64,000 nt of DNA from Rebecca billardiae RCC1528 (taxonomy: Eukaryota > Protista > Haptophyta), in contig OZ251231.1 of NCBI GenBank assembly GCA_965240325.2, positions 62,001-126,000 on the forward strand. The letters run 5' to 3'. Below the pieces are notes generated by a model. It made no database searches and had not been told where the DNA came from. It saw only the letters and a list, made by a program, of their open reading frames with translations. Of this stretch, positions 33,930-46,122 are shown piece after piece; the first letter of the stretch is position 1, and each line of letters begins with the position of its first letter. The translations under genes and the position numbers were made by a program.

Positions 33930-35209
33930 ATGCAGTCGCTGCACGACCAGGTGCGTGCGCACGCGCGCGCCGGGGGCGCTCGGCCGCGCGCCATCCTCGC
34001 CCGCGCCGCCGCGCGCCCACACGCGCGCGCGCCCGTGCCGCGCCGCGCGCCGCGCGCTTGGCGCGCAGGAGCGCATCAACCACAGCGTGAACGAGCTGTC
34101 GGCGAAGCTGCTCGAGGGCTGCAAGCTGCTCTCGGAGAGCTGCCCCGAGACCAATGTGCCGCTCGTCCTCACCAAGGACGGCCGCATGTTCTCCGTCGGC
34201 AACCAGAAGTACTACCGCAGGGACGGAGGCAGGCTGGTCGTGGACGAGTCGGGTGCGCCCGCGCTGCCGCTCTCGCCGCACCGGCACGCGGCGCCGCCGG
34301 GCGCGGGGTCGGAGGCGGGCGGGATGTGCGGCATGTACACCATGCACCCGTCCGCGCCGAGCTACGCCGCGCCCGTCGCGCCGCCCGACGCGCCCGTCGG
34401 CCGGCACGCGCCGGCGCTCGGCCTGCCGACCGCGAATGGAGGCGGCGCGGAGGCGCACGGCGCGGCGGCACGCGGCGGGCCGAGCGCGAACTACTCCTCC
34501 TCCGTCGCGCAGAAGCTCCTCGAGGGCTGGCAGCTCCTCGCGGACTCGTGCCCGGAGACCAACGTGCCGCTGGTGCAGTCGCGCGACGGGCTGCACATCC
34601 TGAGCGTGGGCACAGGGAAGAGCTACGCGCGCGACGCGGCGACGGGCGCGCTGCACGAGGTGAGCGGCGGCGGGGGCGTCGGCGCGGCCGCCGCGCCGCC
34701 CGCGCAGTACCACCACCAGCACCCGCCGTCGCCCTACCAGCCAACGCCGCAGCCGCCGTCGCAGCAGCAGCCGCCGCCGCAGCAGCCGCCGCCGCCGCAG
34801 TCATCGTTTCAGCTGCAGCCGTCGCCGGGCGGCGCGCTCAGCGCTGTGCCCACGCCGCACGCGGCGCGCGCGCCCGCCGCAGGGGCCGCCGCGGGCCCGA
34901 CGTCCGCCGCGGGCCGGCTGCACACCGCGAGCCAGACACTCGTGCGCGCGCGCGCACGCGCCGCCGCGCGCACCGCGCAACCGCGCGCGCTGCCCTCGCC
35001 GCGCGCTCAGCCGCGCCGCGCGCGCCACGGCCGCGCGCCTGGCGGTATGCCTTGCGCAGGACGTGCTGTATGCCAAGCTGCACGCGGCGCAGGCGGCGCT
35101 GGGCGCCACGGCCGATCTGCAGGGGGCGCGGCCGCTCGTCGTCGCCACGCACGAGATCGCCGCCGCCATCGGCGCCGTGCAGGCACTGCTGGCGGCGCAG
35201 CCGAGCTGA
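33930..35209 (+). CDS. ZNRD2/SSSCA1 (autoantigen p27)-like protein with two N-terminal repeat domains; introns 33951-34068 and 34942-35059
   Basis: Two copies of KLLEG-LL-xSCPETNVPLV. C-terminal helical LDVLYAKLHAAQAAL...EIAAAIGAVQAL resembles the SSSCA1 C-terminus. Splicing restores frame. Confidence 0.7.
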
Positions 35210-35742
35210 TCCGAACGCCGCCCGCAGGCCTCGCGCGCCGGCGCCGGGGCGCGAGAGGAGTTTGCGCAGCAGGGCCTGCGCTGCGCCCGCGCTCGGAGCC
35301 CGAGGGCGCTGGCAGCGCAGGTCGCGTCGTCCCTGGATGCGATGAGTCACCGTGAACCGCACTGTGACTGTCCTGGCAGACCGGCGGGCCGCACCGCCGT
35401 TCGGCCACGCCCACGGGCACGGCGGCAGCTGCCCACGGCCACGCCCACGGGCACGGAGACTAGAGAGTGAGCTAGACCAGACCGTCCGCGTCTGCGTGAG
35501 CCTGTCACAGTGTCACACTCGCACTCACAGCGCAGCAGCCGCCGCGGCTTCACTCAACACTACTTAGAGTAGTGCACCGTTACCAAGACAGGGACTTATA
35601 TTATAAATATATATATAACTACGCTATATTGTCGTCAAGAAATATTCGTCGGATTACTCTAGTTTGACTTTGTGTCAACTCTTCGTGACATAATAATCCG
35701 TCTTTTCGCACTCCGCTAGCTGTTGATCGAATCATCGCTATA

Positions 35743-35763
35743 TAACCCTAACCCTAACCCTAA
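35743..35763. repeat. Short interstitial telomeric repeat (TAACCC)x3.5
   Basis: taaccctaaccctaaccctaa. Confidence 0.7.
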
Positions 35764-36547
35764 TCATCGCTCCGCCATCCAGCTCGACATCCGCAGCAGC
35801 ACTGCGCCAAGTTTACTTCCCACTTTGGCATTTTGCACCTTTGACACATCGGACATTCATGCTGATGCAGCAAAGCTCACGTCCGAACAGTCTCACTCTT
35901 CCCTTTCGATTTTATTCATCGTCTTTGTCGATTATATACCTTGCATACCACGTCGTTAATATACCTTGGGCCTCCAAGTTTTGCCCAGCATTAATCGTCA
36001 CGACTTTCCAGCTTCTTTTTCTTCGAGTCATTTCTCGCACTTCATTTGAATTTGTTCGGTCTTTCTCTCGGGCATGCCTACCACACCCGAGCTCTCGACC
36101 TTACCGAAGGACCTCCCTATTTGATTCGGTCAAGAAGCTTATTCCGCCGGACAATTCCTACTCGTCACGTACATTCACGACGAATGCCGAGAATCTATCT
36201 GGTTCACCGTTCGTCAACGTTCCCGAACGGCTTACGGCGCTTACGCGCAATTTCCCGTTGTTGCGCACGTCAATTCGTCAGTTTTGTGCACACCTGCTTT
36301 TCAGCATAGACGGTTTGCACCTTCCCGCGCCCACCAGATGCAGCGTGTGGGCACTTCGCCTTGCCTTATTTTCGCCTTTTTGCCTCCCGAGCGACCGCGA
36401 GGTCCATCACCGCCCGTCCGCGTCGTCGCCGACGCTGTCACGTGCCTGACGCGCGCGCTAAACGTCAAACGAGTATCTGACAAGTATACATAAGCTAACG
36501 TGGTGCACGACGGATATGGTGCTATAACATCATCAGCATTATTCCTA

Positions 36548-38594
36548 CACAGTGAACAAAAACGGGATTATCGTTACCGTAACCCGTCCGAGGCGTCCGA
36601 CACGAGCCGATTTTCGGGGAAATTCTCGCGCGGGCCGCACGAGCGCACAGACGACGCTACGGTGGTCGCGCAGGCGCCTGGCGAGTGCCCCGGGCATGGG
36701 ACTGCAACATCCCACCCAGCCTCCCCATCCCTCCGCCCCTCTCTGCCTCGCCGGGTTGCACGCGGCTGGCCGGTCACGTAGCTCGTGGTGAGCCATTCGT
36801 GAGCGTGGAGCCCTGCTGCTCAGTGCGGCGATGCAGCGAGGCGAAGCGGCGCGTAAGATGGCGCATCTTACTCCGAATGCAGTCTGCTGCCAGCACAGCC
36901 GCCCTCGCCGGAGTGCCTGGTCGTCACCTTCGTTGTGTGCACCTGTCGCGCGCTGCTGTGAACAAGCGAAGTCTCAGGCCTCCCCGGAGCCATTCAAACA
37001 CGCTCGTCCTCGACGAGGCGTGCGCGAGGCACCGCGCGAGCGCAGGAGCGGCCCTTCCTAGCATACTCCTGCACGGCCATCCACCTCGCCACAGCCTGCC
37101 ATGTCACACTCCTCCCCGCACGCAGTGCTCGCATGCCGCGTGCAAGTCGGTCGACTGTAACCTGGTAGGAGGGTGCACAGAAATATTCGACTGCGAGGAG
37201 ACGGCAGCGAGCCCACGCGCGCGGCGCCGTCCCACGCTTCATTGTGCTGTTCTAGACCAGTCGCGCGCCCGCGGCACCGCGCCCGCCATCTCCGCGTCGC
37301 GTGCCAGTCCACGCCGCGCGCGTTATGGCTCTCGACGTGTGCGTCAAGGGCGTCGTGCGTCCGATTCGTACCCGCATGTATTCAACAAATACGACAAATC
37401 GCTGAGCTGAACGCACCTCGTCGCGCGATGGCATGGTCGCGCTGTGTGGCGTCGCTCGCCGCAGGAAATTCGGTACGCGACGAGAGCACGGCGCACGCGC
37501 TCGGCGCGGCGTGGGAGGCGGGGCGGTGGTGTCCTCGAGCCATCCCGCCCGCGCCGCGGTGCGCCAGCCGCCACCTCGCCGCGCCGTGGCCCATGCCGCG
37601 CGGCAGGTGTCGACCAGATCGACCTTGCCGCCCAAAAGAGGGCCGCACCGGAAATTCTGTATTTGTTGAATACAGACTTACCCACGTGCCCGCGATGCGG
37701 CGGCGCCTGTGGCGGCGGCGTGGTGCGGCGGCGGCGGCGCGGGCAGCCTGACGGGCCAGATAGGGCGCGCCAGGTCGGGGCGATCGTGATGGGATGGTTC
37801 CATACGCATCAGTGCGTGCTCCTGTGCATCCCAAGAGCGCGCTGGGCGCCCTCTCTCGCGCCTATGCCCATCCCACGCGGTCTGAGAAGCCTCTGTTTGG
37901 ACACCGTTGGCTGCGCGCTCGGTCGTGGCTGCCCGGCGGGTCGGAGAGGTCGAGGCGAGCCGGGTCGTTCGCGACGGACGATGCCTATGGGTCATGGCGA
38001 GTGCCAGCACGCAGCTCGGGCGCGCGCCCGGCGCCTCCTCGCCGCGCTACATCCACACCAAGATCTGGCCCAAAAACAGGCTTCAAGAGCGAAAGTCAGT
38101 CTGGGAGCTGCTCAGGCCGCTGTGTGCGGTTTGGCGGCGTACAAACTTGTGGAGCGGGTGCCCACATGGGTTGAGCACAATGCTATAGAACGTTTTTCCG
38201 CGAAACACCACTTCCTCGCCTCTCCGCGCGCGTGCCGCGCGGCCCCCGTGAAGTCATCTTAACAGCTCACGTGTGGCCGCCCGTGGAGCGAGGGTGGGCG
38301 AGGAGGGGCGGGCGAGGGTGACGCCGCCCCGGGGAACCGCCTTGGTAAGCCGGCCGACGCCTCGCAGCCCCCCTCGCGGCAAAAATGCGCGCACGCCCGC
38401 CGCTCGGAGCGCGCCATCGATTCGAATGGGCGTGCGCACGAACGACCATGCTCAAACGGGCTTCGGCCCGATCTTTCTCCACTGTGGCGGCGCGAAGTGC
38501 CGCGAACGGGGCATGAAAAAAATTCCAGCGCATCCCCACTGGGCGGAAGCGCGGACGGGTTACGGTAACGCCGAAAATCGATTTCTTTACTGTG
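36548..38594. mobile_element. Non-autonomous CAC...GTG element with TA TSD (EnSpm/CACTA-like), about 2.05 kb
   Basis: Left end TA|CACAGTGAAC...CGTTACCGTAACCCGTCCG. Right end CGGACGGGTTACGGTAACG...TTTACTGTG|TA. Imperfect TIR of about 43 bp with a perfect 19-bp inner block. Confidence 0.8.
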
Positions 38595-38915
38595 TATATT
38601 CCTCCGATCAGCGCAAACGATGAACGTTACTCAATGAGTCCGAGTCCGGATTAAAATTAAAACGTTTTGTTATTATGACCGCGTTCCGCGGTCCTTTTCC
38701 GTAGAACGAACGTAGTTCGGGGCCCGCGGTGGCGGTGCACCCTCCGTCGCGCAGTCGTCTAACTCTATTCAATTTCACTATTGTCCGATTCGGACAGACC
38801 TGAGGCTGAGAGTGAGACCAGTAATGGCACGGTTGGCATGCCCGTACAACTACTGATGTAACGATTTTTTTCCGGCGGCGCTACCATCGGCGACGGCTTC
38901 ATGGGCGGTGACAGC

Positions 38916-38975
38916 TGGCGGGCGTCAATCTCGCCTGCCTGAGCTGTGTGCGTCTCTTATTCTTAGTAAACTGTA
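38916..38975. repeat. Dispersed terminus-like repeat ending TAGTAAACTG|TA
   Basis: 60 bp identical to 54992-55051. Related copies at 55050-55099 (inverted) and 59731-59776. Confidence 0.85.
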
Positions 38976-39097
38976 GCAGTAGACTCCAGCGGCGCGCCGC
39001 CGCCTCGGCCGCGCCGGGCCGCCGGGGCGCCCGGGGCCGGGCGGGCCCAGTCGCAGCCGCCGCCGCGGCGCCGATATTGTGTACAGGCGGATGCGAC

Positions 39098-39399
39098 GAG
39101 GCGTGATCGACGCATGAGCGCGACTCCACGTGCACGCCAGGCCACGCGGAGCAGACAGCCAGGGAGCACGGTGCGGGGCCGCGGATTCGTTCGGGCCGCT
39201 GCGCCTGCTGCTGACCGCGCTGTCCCGTCACCGCGCGCCGGCAGCGGCCACGGGATAGATGATTTGCACTGGTCCGAGTAGGGTTCGACCAGCGCCTGCG
39301 CGACGGCCGACAGGCGGGCGCGAGGCGTGATCGACGCATGAGCGCAACTCTACGTGCACGCCAGGCCACGCGGAGCTGACAGCCAGGGAGCACGGTGCC
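39098..39399. repeat. Direct repeat of about 78 bp (about 39098-39176 and 39322-39399)
   Basis: gaggcgtgatcgacgcatgagcgc...cagggagcacggtgc occurs twice with few mismatches. Confidence 0.8.
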
Positions 39400-40247
39400 G
39401 CGGTGCGAGGCGAGGCCGCGGATTCGAGCCGAGCAGCCACAGCACCGGTGCCTTCGCGCGCGCCGCGCGTGGACCGGGTGACACACCTCGGTCAGGCTCG
39501 GCACGCGTCGCAGAGGCACGGCCAGCTCTGGGAGCGTCGCGCACCACCGTCGCCCGCGCTGCTCGTCCTCCTATGTCCGTCCGTCCAGCGCTAGACAGAC
39601 TTGCCGGCTGGCGGGCTGATGACCCAGCCATTTCAACTTTCATGCAAGCATGCCGCTCTGCGCATCGATGGGACACGCGTGCGGAGGCGCGTGGCGGCGC
39701 ACTCGAGGTGAGCAGGGCGCGAGGGGAAGACTGACGTCCGCGGGACCCCGCCACCACTGCCCGCTGCCCAGGCGCCGTGTGTCACGGCAGCGTACAGACA
39801 GTACCGTCGCCTGCTCGGTTAGTCCGTCTTCCGTGGGAGACCCCGGGAAGGCATGACGAGGGGGGCGCGTGGTGAAGTCGGAGACTCAGATGTCGATCAG
39901 TCCGCCATCAGGCGCCGCTGCCCCCGTGCTTGCGAGAGCCCGAAAGGGCGGCTCGGGCCTGCCGCGGCCGGTCGCGGGCGGCACGCGCGGTGCACGATTC
40001 CGCGCGCAGGCATCGATGATCGATCGATAGGGCGGCGGGGGCGCGCGGGGTTCAGAGTGAGCGGGGCACGAACGCGATGTCGACGGCCGTCGGGGCCCAC
40101 CACAGCCGCGCGCTCCAGACGCCACTCGCCGCGCGCACCTCGTGAGACGTGCTCGGCATCATGTCCACGTGAGCGGCAAAAAAGTGGCCTCGAGCCTGCT
40201 CAGGCCTGCTCTGAAAGTGCGCACAACTGGCTCGCCAGAGGGCAAAA

Positions 40248-40520
40248 CATTATAATGTATGAAAACGAAGCGGTGCAAATGATGTTCTCCAGTATAGTGG
40301 ATACGACCCCGACGAAGCGATTTTATGCCTGCGTGAACCATACATATGAATACGAAGCGCGGTGCATTATAATGTATGAAAACGAAGCGGTGCAAATGAT
40401 GTTCTCCAGTATAGTGGATACGACCCCGACGAAGCGATTTTATGCCTGCGTGAACCATACATATGAATACGAAGCGCGGTGCAAATGTTCTCCAGTAGTG
40501 AATACGACCCAGACGAAGCC
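40248..40520. repeat. 117-bp AT-rich tandem repeat, two perfect copies plus a degenerate partial
   Basis: Units start at 40248 and 40365 (cattataatgtatgaaaacgaagcg...). Confidence 0.9.
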
Positions 40521-40940
40521 AATATATATCGGTTGGTTACTTCGCTGATCCCGTAAGGACGTGCAAAAATAGCCTCAAAGAAGCTGACGCTTGTATTGGA
40601 CTTGTAACCGTCCTACTTCACACAGAAGTGAACTCTCAACTCTCACGCCCGGCCGTCCACGATTGATTAGGGGAATGTCGTGGACGCGGTTTTTTTCTCC
40701 GTGATGCATCTGTAGAGAGGGTCTCAAAATTCGAAACTCGGTCTCCGCCAGCCCTAAAAATCGGCCCCCGCGTCCCTTTTTCTTGATCAAAGATCTTTTT
40801 GAAACGTGGTTCCGGCCCGCTGGTGCGGGCTCCACGCTGCGCGCTCCGCCCTGCACCGCGGGCCATAATAATAAAATGTGATACAGCAGATACAGCTACG
40901 CGACGTCCCCGTACAGCGTACTATAGGCTGACCCGTAAGC

Positions 40941-41352
40941 AGGGCCGTTCTTCACCCCGCCGCGAGCGATTCGGCGAAATTCGGCGAGTGCATTTCTTGT
41001 AATTGGGCCGCCATGGATTCGCCGAATCGCCGACCCGGCGACCCCTGTTTGCAAATTCGCCGAACCCACAAAACAGGGGCCTGCGGCGTGGGTTCGGCGA
41101 AAGTTGAGTTTACGAATCCGTATTCACGTCCCAACTTTCGTCGAATCGGTCGAGATCCTATTGAGATCGATGGTCCGTCGATTTTGGGCGCGGCGCTAGA
41201 GTTTTTTCTCCTCGCGATCCAAACACAATCTGAATCAATTTCTGAATCCGAATCGAGCAAGGGGGCTCAAGAACGGCCCCTTGGCGAGCGCCTCCGAAAA
41301 TCGATTCGCCGAACTTCGTTGAATTTTTCGCGGCGGGGTGAAGAACGGCCCT
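40941..41352. mobile_element. MITE (about 412 bp) with perfect 25-bp TIR
   Basis: AGGGCCGTTCTTCACCCCGCCGCGA at 40941-40965 and its reverse complement at 41328-41352. Many internal TTCGCCGAA/TTCGGCGAA motifs. No clean TSD. Confidence 0.85.
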
Positions 41353-42226
41353 AAGACTAAGCACCACTCTGCACCAGAATGTTTCCGCGTCCGAAGCAGG
41401 CAAGCAGCCTTCTACCACGGCCCTTATTGCTTCTACTCCCGTTCGATCGGCTTTTCGAGCGTCGTGAGTCAGGGCGGCACGATGGCGGCTCGCCACGGCG
41501 CGCGCGCAAGGAGAGGCGGCCGGCCGGCGGTGGGCGCGGCGGTCGCGCCACCGGGCGACCGGCACGGGTAGGGGGGCCAAAGTGGCACTGTAGCGTTACT
41601 GACGGCCACGAGCGCGGGTCCTAGCGAGTGTTTAGAGCTGATTTCGGGCTGGATCATTTGCCCTCTGGAGGGGTCTGGGCCGGCCATGTAAAAAAATCAG
41701 GTGCACATACCCTGAATATAGGGCGTAACGGCTAGCATATTTACTTATTAGATGAATGAGCCTGAACTTATTGGAAACGACATGTAACGGTCGTCCTATA
41801 TGTGACATATAGACCATGTCGACCTCACTTTGTTATTAGAGCATCTCAGCGAGATCGTTCTGAGTCCCCAGCAGCAGCAGGTCCCAACATGCGATATAGG
41901 CTGTGTGCTGGCAGGCTGTCAAATATGTAGTTTCCTAGAAGCCACCGATGATCGTTACATACCCACTGTGTATATAGGCGCCATGCTGATGAATACAGCC
42001 TCATCTGATCTCGAGCTGCGAGATACGTTTTCAGACTGTGTATACGGCCACGCGTACGGCGTATTGCAGACATATTAGACCCAAAGCACCGGCCCCACGT
42101 CCTCAGCCCGGGAGTGCTCTCGGTCATAGTCACGGTTTAAAGTCACTCGAGCCAACCGTCACCGCTCCCTGGCCTAGACCTACGAGGCAGGTCAAATCTG
42201 TCGTCGTCGCAGTGCGGCACAGTGCC

Positions 42227-45124
42227 GCTGCGTTCCTGAGCCCCAGCGCCAGAATTACGCGAGATCAGAGAACCTTTCTTTCCTCCCACGCGCGCCATTG
42301 GTCGAGACGTCGCTGAAGGGGGCCGAAAGTTGAGCAGCGGGTAACCTTTTGTTAATGACGTGAGTAAGTCTCGCCGTAGTGGGGCCCAAAATTGCAACCT
42401 ATGACTTTCGCTTGATCGTCCGATCTCTCGAACATCTGCCCCGAAGCGTCGCTTTTGTGAGGATACACAGCAGCATCTCTCCATCGGTTGATCCTGCAGG
42501 CCCTCAACGCTCCTAGACCCTTCGTCGGCGGACGATCTACGAGTGGCGACAGGCGACGCCTCCCCGGCACACTAGTACGAGGTCGATGGCGAACAAACGC
42601 TCGTGCACGGACTAGGGGATGTTTGAGTGCGCGTAGCCTCGCTCGATACGACTGCGGGCAGGCGCGGCCGACGCAGTCCCGGCAGCTCCTGTTGTTTCTG
42701 CCTGCCACGCCTGCGCCGTTCATCATCCGTGCCGCGCGTGGCCCAACAACTTGCCAGCGCCGCCGACAAGTTGGTGATCGAAGGGCGCGATTTGAAGGTT
42801 CAGCCACCACTCAGGTGGGCATCCCGGGCCCACTTTGAGTTGTCTTCGATGCTGCCCACCGCGCTGCTCTCGACAGCCTGCGTGCCCTCGTGACAGCGCG
42901 CGCGTCCCGGCAGCTGCACGGTGCGGCATGTCGGCATGGCTTGCTCAGTCGCTCTTCACCTCTGCAGTGCAGAGGATGGGCCACAGCGATTACAGCGATA
43001 TTGCGGTCGGTGGCAACGAGCATACTTCTCATGACCGCCGCCGCCGCGTGCCGCAGCTACCCGCCACCGGACGTGCTGCATCACACGTCGATGTTCATGG
43101 CTCATTAGACAGGATCTCACGCTCATCTGTGGGCACCGTTGTACGTGCGGCATGGCAAAGCCCTACTGACTTGGATGTGTGGATGCGTCGGCACGGCGGC
43201 AGTCGTCAGTGGCAGTGCTTGGCTCTGTGTCGCAGACGTGGCGCGGCGCCTGGCGCAGTCACGACGCACTCGTTGACCGGGCCACGCGCTGTCTCGGACA
43301 CTGGACGGCGCGGCTCCGAGCAACACTCGCTCGCCGCTGGGCCTGGGCCTGCCGGCCCACAGGGCCTGGGCCGCCTCTGCCCACGCCGAGGCCTGGCCTA
43401 AGACGGTAAGACCCCGGGTCACATAGCACGACGGCTCAGTGCCGCTGCCCTCTGGACCAGTGGCGGTGCTGCTCTGCCGGCTCGGGGCGACCCGCTCGCG
43501 CCGCGGGCCGTGGCAGCGGTCATCGACTCAAACGTGCCGCCGACTCGCGCTCAGCTTCATGGCTGACGGGCTGCGCGAAGCGTCGGCGCTACCGAGAACA
43601 GTCGTGCGCCCTACCCTCTATGCGCCTGCGATCATACGTACTCCGAAGCAGCGCCAGACATGGACGGTGGGCGGTCTCAGCGCCGCGGCGGCACCGCGGG
43701 GCACGCAGCGCATCGGTGCGCGACTGCGCGCCCGGTCATGCATCACCGCGAGCCGCAGAGTCTGAGCCCGAGGAGGCGGAGGACGGCCGGACTCCGGTGG
43801 CGCCGCTGGAATGTCACATGTGATGCGGTTCATCGGAGTCAGGATATTCGATCACAGACACGGTCGTCACTACGGTACAGTCGTCATCATGCATTTAGCG
43901 CAGCATGCCGCGTATAGCGTGACTCACCTTGTTAATATTGGGTCCGCGTGCTGACTGCTGCATCATCAGTATTCAGCCGTGCATAATGGCAATGCTGTCA
44001 AGTGTCAGCATCAGCTGCGCGCGCACGGACAGACGGTCAACGGAACCTTAGCCGCGTGCCCGTTAGTGAATAGTGCGGACGGTCCGCAGTATCGAGTGAT
44101 GAGCAGTAGTCTTATAAAGCCCCGCGCCCTGGACCTGGTACGTACCGAGGCTCCGTAGTATAAAATGTTGCAGTGACTGGGCCCGGCGGGCGTGCGCCGG
44201 CAACACGCCGACGGCTGACCCGGCTACGCCTCCAGTCTGAGTCGCAGATTACGGGCGCCCGCGCACTGGCAGCGGTCGAGCCGACTGGATTGTCAGAGTT
44301 AGTCAGCGAGTCGAGCCGCGGGCGCCGGGCGGTACAGGCATTGCGTGCGCTCGCGTGCAGCCCCCGGAGCCAGCCTGGGGCTCCGAAGGTGTGCTTGCAG
44401 CTGGTGCGTGACCTTACGAGTACTGCACACCGCTTGTTGACACTGCACGCCAAGCCGATCGAAGGCACAACGTGAGGATGTGAACTGGCGGCAGCTTTCT
44501 GCGGATCTGGGCCGTGACCTCTGTAGGCGCGTGGGCACAGAGTGTCCGACGGCGAGGAAAGAGCTCGAGTGGCCGCTATCGGGGCCGAATAGGAAACGTG
44601 CGACTCGCCGTACATCGCACGCCGACTGCTGGCAGGCTCGCCCCCCCCGCCCGCACCTGCACGATCAGCGTCAGGAGCAATGATTGCGGAGTGCGCATTA
44701 GCCGCAGAAGGGGACCAGGTGCGCACGCGCGTGTGCAAGCAAAGGGCGACGCCCAATGTGGACCTACGAAGGTGTGCACGCGGCCGACACTGAGCGCTGA
44801 TGTCCCTGGACCCGCGCGAGAGCTCCTCAGCCACGCCAGCAATGTCGCAGAGACTCTCTGGCGGCCTGGCCTGGCCGGGCTGCGTTCGAAGCCCTGCCGC
44901 CCGCCGACGACCGGCGACAAAACACTCTCGTCTTGGCCTCTTGAACCCTCGGTGGCAATCTCTCGCGATCTGCCTCGCCCGCATAGCACGGCTTTGGGCT
45001 CGTTCGCTCATCAATCGAAGACCGCCAACCGATGCGGGTGCGCTGAAAATGCGATTCTTCGTATGTGAACAATTCCGCGGCTTTATTCTCGCGTAATTCT
45101 GGCGCTGGGGCTCAGGAACGCAGC
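42227..45124. mobile_element. Non-autonomous TIR element (2.9 kb) with 3-bp TSD, PIF/Harbinger-like
   Basis: Perfect 38-bp TIR GCTGCGTTCCTGAGCCCCAGCGCCAGAATTACGCGAGA at 42227-42264 and 45087-45124. GCC flanks both sides. Confidence 0.8.
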
Positions 45125-46122
45125 GCCGAGCATGCGATTCGGCAGCAAACGTCTGCTCCAGGCGGTGGCTGGCGTGTCTGCACCAAACCAGGCTGGATGG
45201 GATTGGTCCACATAGGTACGCACTACCCTGTTCCGCGCTATTTCTGGGCTTAGGGGCGGATATTCGGCCTACAGAGGCTGATCCGGCGTTGTTCGGCGCT
45301 CCTGGCTGGCTGCGCGGAGCCCAACGGCAAGCGCCGGCGTGTGCAAGGTGTCAAGATTGAGACGGTCTCTGACGCTCCCGCCGGTCTTGGGCGCACCAGG
45401 GTGCATGAGGGCCCATCTGCATCTGCTTCTGCAGGCATGAGCGTCACAGGGGCGCGCTTGCAGGCACGGTCGAGTGCACGTCGGACCTGTCGAATGAGCC
45501 AACCGCTGCCTGCGAGCACGTCCGCGACGTCCTGAGAGGCGAATGGGAGGCGCCCAGACGCCATCAGAGGGCACACGTGACCCATACCCAACGTACTGAC
45601 CATCGCAAGTGCCACGGCAGGTGCAAACACGGGCCCTACAAGCGGAACATGACAGTTGCGAGCTCCGCGGAGGTGCTGTGCGCGAGCTCGCGCCGGTCTG
45701 CTGACGGCGATTCCGGCGCAGTAGGGCAGGTTAGGCGAGCTGGGCATTCACAGACATACATGGACGATTGGTCCGAGCATCGATCTCATTGGTCCGAGTT
45801 GATCATGCGCCACACCGTGCGGTAGCGTAGCGGGCGTACGCAGCGCACCAATTCAAGCCGGCCGACGCGCGCCGCGCACGGTGCGAGGTGGCCAAGAAGC
45901 GGGTGGTGAGCCGCTGGTGGCGCAAAGGCACGGGTCAGTAGCGCCCACCAGCGTCACGCGCGCGCGCACCCGAGACCATCTCGGCGTCTCAAAGGTCGCG
46001 AGCGCGCGGCGGTCCACTGCCTCCGGCCGCTCGTGCTGGAGCGGAACCGAGCTCTGAGCGCCCGAAGGCGTCGGAGCTCGATTTTCGAGCGAGGTCCGAG
46101 AAAAAGGCTCCGCGCCACCCTA

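Noticed and set aside
35841-36449. 202-aa ORF or reverse-transcriptase remnant
   Set aside because: No convincing RT motifs; only a short FVDY-like string in another frame.
40248-40520. Possible CRISPR-like array
   Set aside because: The sequences between cores are themselves repeated, there are no cas genes, and the context is eukaryotic.
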